Below are positions 41,636 to 48,119 of a stretch of DNA of 48,119 bases, piece after piece (the first letter of the stretch is position 1; each line of letters starts with the position of its first letter). A program made the translations under genes and the position numbers. Source of the DNA: a virus (lineage: Duplodnaviria > Caudoviricetes); the IMG/VR virus record IMGVR_UViG_3300049187_000025, positions 1-48,119 of that record; one strand, 5' to 3'. Below the pieces are notes generated by a model. The model saw nothing but the letters and a program-made list of their open reading frames with translations. It did no database searches and was not told where the DNA came from.

Positions 41636-44517
41636 CAGTTGTTGCGCCGGTTGGCCATCTGCAGCTTGCGCGCCACTGCGGCGCCGGCCTGGTTCATGGT
41701 CTGCGCCGAGGTGCCCGACGGCATCTGGACGACGATGTTCGCGTTCACCGTGTGGCCGGTGCTGCCGCCAACTTGCGGGTTCGGATCGATCCGGCCGCGC
41801 TGCTTGCCCATGAGCAGAAACTTCCGGCCGTTGACGTCGAGCAGTTCGGGCCGCTTCTCGGCCACTTCGAACATGCCGCCGGCGCCCACCGGGCCGCCGT
41901 TGGCGCGCCCACCGCTGATGCCAGCCGCGTTGGTGGTGCCCGCGCCGTCGTTGTACGAGTAGTCGCCGCCTCCACCGCCGAACAATCCGGCCAGCAAGTC
42001 GACCCAGCCGCCGCCGGAGCCGCCAGCCCCCGAGCCGGTCGCCCCGGTCGTGCTGAGTTGAGCCTGGAAGCGCTGCAGTGCGAGCACCGTGGGATCAATG
42101 CCGATGGTCTGCAGGGTGGTGAAGCTGGTGGTGGTCGCCGCCGCTGCGGCATTCACTCCGCTGCCGCCATTGGCGCCGCTGCCAACCCCGAACAGCGAAC
42201 CGAGGGCGCCGCCATCCTTGCCGGTGCCGCCGAGGAAGTTGCTGAACATGTCGCCCAGCGGCTTGCTGATCAGTTCCTTCGTGGCGATCTGAGACACCAA
42301 GTCACCGATGTTGGCGAGGATGCTCTTCAGGCCTTCGCCTCGTCGAGTGGCCTCGCCGAAGATGTCGCCCAGGCCCTGCCCGAGCTCCTGCCCGATGCCG
42401 CGCACCTTCTGCAGCAGAGGGTCGATTTCCGCAGAGGCCTTCTTGAAGGCGAGGCCCAGCCGTTCAGCGAAGGCGATCGCATCCTTGTTGCCGTTGCTGG
42501 ACAGTGCCAGTTCATTGGCCTTGTCCACCAGCGCCGAAAGCTCGGTCAGGGCCTTTGCCCGCGCCGCGCCGGTCGCGCGCAGGGTCTCGATCTCGGTCGC
42601 TCCTGACGCTTGCGCGGCAAGGCCGACCTCCTCTTCCTTGGCGGCCGAGCGCTCCAGGAGTTTCTGGTAGTCGTCCTGCGCCTGGCGGAGCGCCTCGACG
42701 TTGGACAAGGCTGCCCCGTAGTTGTCGGCCTGCCGCGGGTCGCCGCCCGACTGCGTGATCAGCTTGCGGGCATCCGCCACTTGTTGGGCAATGCGATCCG
42801 CTGCGGCGCCCTTGGTGTCGCCGCTCAGTTCCTTGATCGTGGCGATGAGGTCGACGTAGCGCCGGCGGGCCTGCTCCACAGCCGCCGCGCGGTTCTGCTC
42901 GGCCAGGATCTCGTCTTGCGACGCGCGCTGCACCATCTGCGCGCGCTTGGCGACCGCCTCGCCGACCTTGTTCTCTGCTTCGATGCGATCAGCGCCGGCC
43001 AGCTTTGAAGCCGCGCCTCGCTGAAGGGCGATCTCCTTGTCCAGTGCCTGGACCTGGGCGGCCAGCGCCGCCTCGCGCACGCGCTTCTGTGCGGCGAGGG
43101 ATTCCTCCAGGCTGATCAGGCCGTCGGCATAGGCGCCCTCGACGTAGCGGTTCGCAAAATCGTAGGCATCGCGCTGCTGCTCGGCGAAGTCGCGGATGGC
43201 CGCAATCTGGCCATCGAGTTGCTTCTTCAGGGCCTGCGCCGCCGCGGACGATACGGCGCTGTCTGGCAAGGTAGGCGCCGTCTTCTTCGGCGTCGGCTTG
43301 CCGCCGTAGTTCCTGCCTTCGTTGGAGTAACTGGCCTGCGTCAGAGGGCCTTGCAGAACGCGGCGCTCGAATGCGTCAAGCTCGGCGCGAGCCCGTTCGG
43401 CATCCGCCTTCATGGCATCCGAAATTGCCGTGAAGCCCTTCAGGTCACCGCGTCCAAGGGCGGCGATCTGTGCCGCAATGCCGCCAATCTCGACGCCGAC
43501 GGCCTTGAACACAAAGGCGACGTTGGCGCCAAGGATCGCCAGCGCCTCAAAGACCCCGCGAATGGCCGCCGCGCCGGTTTCGAAAAGGCTGCCGTTCTCC
43601 TTGGCGCGGAGGATTTCCTCGCTCACCGCCTGAAGGCTCGGCAGCAACTCGGCAGCCAGGATCAGGCCGAACGACTTCGTCAGGAGATTCATCTTCTCCT
43701 GGGTGTCGTTGAACTGGTCGGCCGCAGCGGCGACCTCGGCCGTCACGCGGCTGTAGCGCTTGAAGTATTCGACGTTGCCCCGCAGTGACTGGGCGCCCTC
43801 GTCGAGCAGCGGGATGATGTCGGCCCCGGCCTTGCCGAAGATGCGCAGCGCGAGGGCCGACTTCTCCGGGCCGTCTTGGAACTCGGCGAACCTGCCGGCC
43901 AGAGCCTCCAGCACGGAATCAGCAGCGGCGCCTGAATCGATCAGGCCGTTCAGGTCGAGCAGCCCGAAGGCCTCACGGGCCTCCTTGTTGCCGGCCCGGG
44001 CCTCGGCGATCGACTTGTTCAGTTTGCCTACTGCGGCGGCTGCGCTGTCCAGATCGCCGCCCGCTTGCGCCGCAGCGAAACCGATGCCGCCGAGCGTCTC
44101 CACGGCGATGCCGGTCTTCTTCGACAGGTCGTTCAAATGGTCGGCAGAGTCGATCGCCCCCTTCGTGAGCACCACCAGGCCAGCCACTGCCGCCAGTGCC
44201 CCGACGCCGATCGCCGCCCCGATGCGCGCGGCCTCCTTCTGCGCCTCCACATTGCGAAGTGCCGCGTCAGCCGCGCTTAGTTGCGCCGCAGTGGCGCCCT
44301 TCTGCGACAGTTCAAACAGTTTCGCCTCGCGCGTCGACATGCCATAGGCGGCGGCTTGGCTCTGCAGAGACTTCACCTGGCGGTCGATTGCCAGCTGGTT
44401 ACGCTTCTGCTTGTCGGCGAACTTGGCAGCGACGGCTTCAGCTCGCGTGAGCCCAGATGTGAACTCCGCAGCATCGAGCCCAAGCAAAACTTTGAGTGAG
44501 CCGACGATGTTGCTCAT
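41635..44517 (-). CDS. Tape measure protein
   Basis: 960-aa Ala-rich helical protein; VGSLKVLLGLDAAEF start; C-terminal RANGGPV...VAEKRPEL. Confidence 0.93.
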   Translation of the reverse strand: MSNIVGSLKVLLGLDAAEFTSGLTRAEAVAAKFADKQKRNQLAIDRQVKSLQSQAAAYGMSTREAKLFELSQKGATAAQLSAADAALRNVEAQKEAARIGAAIGVGALAAVAGLVVLTKGAIDSADHLNDLSKKTGIAVETLGGIGFAAAQAGGDLDSAAAAVGKLNKSIAEARAGNKEAREAFGLLDLNGLIDSGAAADSVLEALAGRFAEFQDGPEKSALALRIFGKAGADIIPLLDEGAQSLRGNVEYFKRYSRVTAEVAAAADQFNDTQEKMNLLTKSFGLILAAELLPSLQAVSEEILRAKENGSLFETGAAAIRGVFEALAILGANVAFVFKAVGVEIGGIAAQIAALGRGDLKGFTAISDAMKADAERARAELDAFERRVLQGPLTQASYSNEGRNYGGKPTPKKTAPTLPDSAVSSAAAQALKKQLDGQIAAIRDFAEQQRDAYDFANRYVEGAYADGLISLEESLAAQKRVREAALAAQVQALDKEIALQRGAASKLAGADRIEAENKVGEAVAKRAQMVQRASQDEILAEQNRAAAVEQARRRYVDLIATIKELSGDTKGAAADRIAQQVADARKLITQSGGDPRQADNYGAALSNVEALRQAQDDYQKLLERSAAKEEEVGLAAQASGATEIETLRATGAARAKALTELSALVDKANELALSSNGNKDAIAFAERLGLAFKKASAEIDPLLQKVRGIGQELGQGLGDIFGEATRRGEGLKSILANIGDLVSQIATKELISKPLGDMFSNFLGGTGKDGGALGSLFGVGSGANGGSGVNAAAAATTTSFTTLQTIGIDPTVLALQRFQAQLSTTGATGSGAGGSGGGWVDLLAGLFGGGGGDYSYNDGAGTTNAAGISGGRANGGPVGAGGMFEVAEKRPELLDVNGRKFLLMGKQRGRIDPNPQVGGSTGHTVNANIVVQMPSGTSAQTMNQAGAAVARKLQMANRRNN

Positions 44518-44846
44518 GGGCTGGTTTCCTGTGCGGGCTTGGCGCGCGGCTTGAATTCGAAGAAGGCGGCCTCTTCCTCTGCCGTCGGCTCGTGCTCAGG
44601 CTCGGCCGGGTCGAAGAGGTAGTCGGAGAGTTCGGCGTTCTTCACGCCGCCCATCGTTGCGGCGATGAGCATGGCGATCTGAGCGAGGTACATCTCCATG
44701 CGTCGCTGGGGCAACATGCGTCGCGCCGCGTAGACCTGCCACGCCTGAAACTCAGGCTCTGACATCGTTCGCGCCAGGGTGCCCACCGGCTGCCCGAGAG
44801 CGCATGCGAGGTCGTGCAGGAACTCGCGGCGCGGCGTCAGTTTCCC
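44514..44846 (-). CDS. Tail assembly chaperone GT C-terminal (T) frame, reached by -1 frameshift
   Basis: The -1 frame from the slippery site reads KLTPRREFLHDLACALGQPVGTLARTMSEPEFQAW... Confidence 0.85.
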   Translation of the reverse strand, partial: GKLTPRREFLHDLACALGQPVGTLARTMSEPEFQAWQVYAARRMLPQRRMEMYLAQIAMLIAATMGGVKNAELSDYLFDPAEPEHEPTAEEEAAFFEFKPRAKPAQETSP

Positions 44847-45166
44847 TTTGGGTCGGCCCCTTTGGCGTCGGCGGCGGCCATCACTTGCTGCAGCATCGTC
44901 CAGGGCTGAGAGGCCAGCAGTTCGACATCCGCCGAGTTCGCCGGATCGAAGATGCGTTTGCCCTTGGCGTCGCAGATGATGCGAGCGGCGCCGCGGGCGA
45001 ACGTCCGCTTCTTTCCGTCGGCAGGCTCCTTCTGGTCGGAGGCCTCTTCGACCTCTTCGACGGTGAGGGGCCTGACGTGCAGCGTGCCCCAGCCCTTCAC
45101 CTCGACGGCGATGGGCTTGGGCGACGCTGTCGCCTTCATGGCTGCGATGAGCTCTTCACGGTTCAT
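44837..45166 (-). CDS. Tail assembly chaperone G
   Basis: Between the major tail and tape measure genes; VEVKGWGTLHVRPLT; ends at the slippery heptamer. Confidence 0.88.
   Translation of the reverse strand: MNREELIAAMKATASPKPIAVEVKGWGTLHVRPLTVEEVEEASDQKEPADGKKRTFARGAARIICDAKGKRIFDPANSADVELLASQPWTMLQQVMAAADAKGADPKGN
44840..44846 (-). promoter_or_regulatory. Programmed -1 frameshift site G GGA AAC
   Basis: X XXY YYZ heptamer in the correct frame immediately before the G stop codon. Confidence 0.88.
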
Positions 45167-45175
45167 GGTCTACCT

Positions 45176-45835
45176 TCAGCCGGCCTGGTCGTAGGGCGCC
45201 CCGGTGTTGCGGATGGTGATGGACCCGGTCCACAGGCCATCAGTCGAGGCCTGCTCGCCAGTCTGTTGAACGAAGCCCAACAGGGTGCGGATACCGCCCG
45301 CCTTGGGCAGCGTCACCTTGACAGCCATCTTGTCGCCGGACTGGTCGAAGTCGGCCATCGCCGACTGGATCGCGGTTTGTGGCGCGAAGAAGAAGTCCAA
45401 CTGGGTGGTGCCGAAGTCCGGCAGGCCGAGCTCGTACTCCTTCGCCGTCGAGCACAGGCTGGTGGCGTCGTTCTCGGTCTTGCTGCCGCCCTGCCGGTTG
45501 TAGCCGGTGAGTTCGCAGAAGTTGGAGAACGTCGCCTTGTCGATCGAGCCGTGTGACACGTAGGTGCCGTAGTTGCTCGAATCGGTGTCCACCAGCTCGA
45601 AGGTGCTGCTGGTCAGCACGTTGACGATGAAGACGTCGTCGTTGAGCTCGGTCATCCCGAGGATGCCGGACAACTTGACGACATCTCCGTCCGCGAGGCC
45701 GTGGCCCGTGCAGGTCACGACGGCGGGGTTCGCCTTCGTGATCGCCGTGATCGCCTTGGAGGGCGAGTCGGCGCCGTACTCGGTGACGATGGCGATCGTC
45801 GAGCCATTGAACTTGAAACGCTTGCCCGCACTCAT
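45176..45835 (-). CDS. Major tail (tube) protein with an inserted small beta domain
   Basis: DATSLCSTAKEYELGLPDFG; ITAITKANPAVVTCTGHGLADGD insert; AAAGGAG RBS. Confidence 0.88.
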   Translation of the reverse strand: MSAGKRFKFNGSTIAIVTEYGADSPSKAITAITKANPAVVTCTGHGLADGDVVKLSGILGMTELNDDVFIVNVLTSSTFELVDTDSSNYGTYVSHGSIDKATFSNFCELTGYNRQGGSKTENDATSLCSTAKEYELGLPDFGTTQLDFFFAPQTAIQSAMADFDQSGDKMAVKVTLPKAGGIRTLLGFVQQTGEQASTDGLWTGSITIRNTGAPYDQAG

Positions 45836-45855
45836 GAGGGGCTCCTTTCGACTAT

Positions 45856-45880
45856 GAAAAAAGCCCGCGCTTGCGGGCTG
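45856..45880 (-). terminator. Intrinsic terminator upstream of the major tail gene
   Basis: agcccgc-aagc-gcgggct followed by a T run on the minus strand. Confidence 0.75.
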
Positions 45881-45901
45881 GTTGAGGGAACTCGAGGTTG
45901 G

Positions 45902-48119
45902 CTAGGTCAGGCGCGCATTCGCGAGGCCGACCCAGTCGGCGCGGCTGGCATTCGCGACGTGGAACGTCAGCGTGTGCTCGCCAGCGGCGTCGAACGTGAC
46001 CGCGGTACTGAAGGCCTCGCCGGGCTCAGTAACGAAGACCGAGCCGGAAGGCAAATTGCCGGCCGAGACTTGGACGCCGTCGATGGAGGCTGTGTAAGCC
46101 ACCGTTCCGCCACCATTGGTGCAGGCGTCAATCGCCAGCGTGTAGTCCCCGGCGGCGTCCACCGCTACCGTGATGGAGATGTCCGGGACGGCCTTGGTCG
46201 ACTCGATCAGCAGCCATGTGCTGGTCTGCTGCAGGAACGCCCCCGAGGCTGGCAGCACTTCGGCGTAGCTGATCGTCCCGAAGTTGACGCCATCTTCCTG
46301 CACGGCATCGGCTGACTCTTCGTAGAGCTCTTCAAACGCCTGGAACTTCGGCGATGTCGCGTCGTCGTCGAATGAGCCGTAGGTGATCGGCCAAGTCGAA
46401 TTGCCAGAGGTCGGGGCCTTCTCGACACCGGCATGGAAGAAGCAGAGCTCCTGTCCGCCGCGGTTGCGCCACGACTGCCACCACGACTTCAGGCGCAGCC
46501 GCATGCGGTCGTCGGTGTGCGCCGCGATGATGTAGGCGGTTGAGGTGCCATCGCCGCCGTGGGTGTGCGGGCCGGCTTCGTACCCCATGGCGCGAAGACC
46601 CAGGGTCTTCAGGTAGTTGTTCCAGCGCAGCGCCTTCGGCAGGACCACGTTGGCGGCGTTGTCGTCCAGCTTGTCGAACACGTCGTCGACGCTGTTGATG
46701 CCGCCAACACCGGAGTTCTGGTCGTCCGGCTCCATGTAGAGGGCCGGCGTTACCGTGTAGAGCCACGCTGACAGGTCGCCCCACTCCTCGATGGCCCAGA
46801 GCAAGCACGGCGTGTAGTTGAAGGTGTCGGCCATCCAGGTGCCGAGTGCCACCTTGATCGCGGCCGTCTCTCCGGCAGCATCTACCGCCTCCCACAGCGC
46901 CCTCGCGCGCTGCAGCATGTACCTGATGCGCACGTAGTTCGCCGTTGGGTGCTCTGGCTCGCGGTAGGTCGTCAGAGAGCGGCACAGCGTGTGCGTCGGG
47001 TTGAGGAAAATGAACGTGTTGTCGTCGGTGTGCGAGATCGCCCCGGCGGAACCGGCGTCGGTCCAGGAGATCGTGTCGGGGTCGACGACGGTGATCGTCT
47101 CGCTGCCGGCGGTGAAGGCTCCGGTCTTGTGCTGGACGTAGACCGTCGCGCCGTTGCTCAGGCCGTGCGCAGTGACGCCCGCGGTAACCGTGCTGCCGGA
47201 ACGAGAGAGGCTGGTGATGTCGGAGCCAGCGCGAACGCTTGCCTCATCGAATGCTGCCGTCCTGATGTCCTGATAGGCGGTCGACTCTCCTAGGTTGTTG
47301 TTCCACAACTCATTGCCGTACTCGGCGACAACCATCGTGCCGGCCGGCCGGTTCGCCTGCACCTCCGCGACGAAGCCATCGAAGTAGTTGTTGGTCGCCT
47401 TCGCAGGGAGGTTGACCCAGCCGATCGCTGGCTCAACGGTGGCACACAGATCCAGGCAGGCCTTGAGCGAATGCTTGTAGCCCCAGGCCGAGCCTGAGTC
47501 CGCGGCCCGGCTGCCGGCCCAGTCAGTGTCCTGGTTTCCGACCTCGGCCCACGGAGACTCGGACCCGTTCGTTTCGGTCCAGTCCATGAACCGCAGAGTG
47601 TCGATCTTCGAAAGGTGCGCAATGGCCTCGGCGCGGTACGTCTCGGTGGTGTCCAGCGCATAGCCCGGGGCCAGCAGCTTCAGCCCGCCAACGTCGGCCG
47701 GCCAGTTGTTGATGCGCAGCGCGATGATCGAATCGGAGGCGCCAGCGATCGTCAACGTGCAGGTGGTCTTGCCGTCGGCGTAGACGCGGGGGCCGAGCGA
47801 GCCGCCACCGTAGTTCTGGATCGCAGAGCCACTCAGGTCGCCGTCGCATTCGAACAAGTACTCGCCCGCGTCCCAATCGCTCAGGTCCGTCAGGAAGACC
47901 ATCACGACCGAGTTGCCGGCGACCGGGTAGCCTTCGGCCGTTAGGGGGCAGTTCTCGTAATCGAACCCGCCACCGGACGCGACAGGGCACCAGGCGCGGC
48001 CGTGGTGCAGGAGGTTGACGTAGATCCGCGTCGACCAGTCGTAATGCGGCCCGAGATTCGCCGCCAGCAGCCCCAACTCGCCCCAGCTTCCGTTGGGAGG
48101 AGGAGGAGGAGGAGGAGGC
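45902..48119 (-). CDS. Large putative glycoside hydrolase (clan A-like) with C-terminal CBM-like domain, 5' truncated by window edge
   Basis: LRFMDW, WVNLP, EYGNELWN (acid/base-like), YEAGPH (nucleophile-like); frame is open to the edge through PPPPPPPPNGSWGE. Confidence 0.65.
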   Translation of the reverse strand, partial: PPPPPPPPNGSWGELGLLAANLGPHYDWSTRIYVNLLHHGRAWCPVASGGGFDYENCPLTAEGYPVAGNSVVMVFLTDLSDWDAGEYLFECDGDLSGSAIQNYGGGSLGPRVYADGKTTCTLTIAGASDSIIALRINNWPADVGGLKLLAPGYALDTTETYRAEAIAHLSKIDTLRFMDWTETNGSESPWAEVGNQDTDWAGSRAADSGSAWGYKHSLKACLDLCATVEPAIGWVNLPAKATNNYFDGFVAEVQANRPAGTMVVAEYGNELWNNNLGESTAYQDIRTAAFDEASVRAGSDITSLSRSGSTVTAGVTAHGLSNGATVYVQHKTGAFTAGSETITVVDPDTISWTDAGSAGAISHTDDNTFIFLNPTHTLCRSLTTYREPEHPTANYVRIRYMLQRARALWEAVDAAGETAAIKVALGTWMADTFNYTPCLLWAIEEWGDLSAWLYTVTPALYMEPDDQNSGVGGINSVDDVFDKLDDNAANVVLPKALRWNNYLKTLGLRAMGYEAGPHTHGGDGTSTAYIIAAHTDDRMRLRLKSWWQSWRNRGGQELCFFHAGVEKAPTSGNSTWPITYGSFDDDATSPKFQAFEELYEESADAVQEDGVNFGTISYAEVLPASGAFLQQTSTWLLIESTKAVPDISITVAVDAAGDYTLAIDACTNGGGTVAYTASIDGVQVSAGNLPSGSVFVTEPGEAFSTAVTFDAAGEHTLTFHVANASRADWVGLANARLT
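48096..48118. repeat. (GGA)n microsatellite encoding a poly-Pro linker at the contig end
   Basis: Seven AGG units; possible cause of the assembly break. Confidence 0.8.

Larger units (their letters stand above)
1..48119. mobile_element. Temperate-type siphovirus genome (HK97-like head, GTA/lambda-like tail module), excised form, incomplete at both ends
   Basis: Terminase, portal, capsid, tape measure, tail, lysis, replication and integrase genes span the window with no host housekeeping genes; attP is internal. Confidence 0.96.

Noticed and set aside
52-47990. Many long antisense or alternative-frame ORFs in the track (e.g. 3963..5573 +, 2786..4072 +, 20023..21345 -, 28232..29146 +)
   Set aside because: Shadow ORFs expected in high-GC DNA; they overlap well-supported genes and lack recognisable motifs.
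1-48119. Window is a complete circle
   Set aside because: Joining the ends gives no sensible reading frame, there is no terminal repeat, and head-tail connector and tail terminator genes were not found.

Overview
The whole window is a near-complete, GC-rich temperate-type siphovirus genome. Gene families and GC content suggest a Burkholderiales-like host (inference). It is in excised form: attP, the 3' half of tRNA-Val(CAC), lies mid-contig at 29181-29225 with phage genes on both sides. Modules: (1) head/packaging on the minus strand, 8764->1: HNH, terS, terL, HK97-type protease, major capsid, portal, a collagen-like protein and two glycosyltransferase-like genes; (2) late control, replication and methylation on the minus strand, 18751->8907: Cro-like HTH, SNF2-like helicase, DNA MTase, initiator with internal ori, DnaB-like helicase, resolvase-like nuclease and Q-like regulator; (3) an early recombination/accessory operon on the plus strand, 18852->29174; (4) tail and lysis on the minus strand, 48119->29814. 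No head-tail connector genes were recognised and both ends cut open ORFs, so the genome is incomplete. Most notable: a ~1.16 kb inversion (27220-28384) bounded by a 6-bp inverted repeat splits both the integrase and a neighbouring gene. A stand-alone miniature paralog of the phage's own tail-tip N-terminal domain sits at the start of the late operon. There is no recognisable CI repressor, but a c4/CI-like three-way-junction RNA with complementary targets lies upstream of the replication genes. Several other intergenic structured RNAs and an unusual set of carbohydrate-active-like genes are present. All family assignments come from motif recognition by eye, not from database searches.
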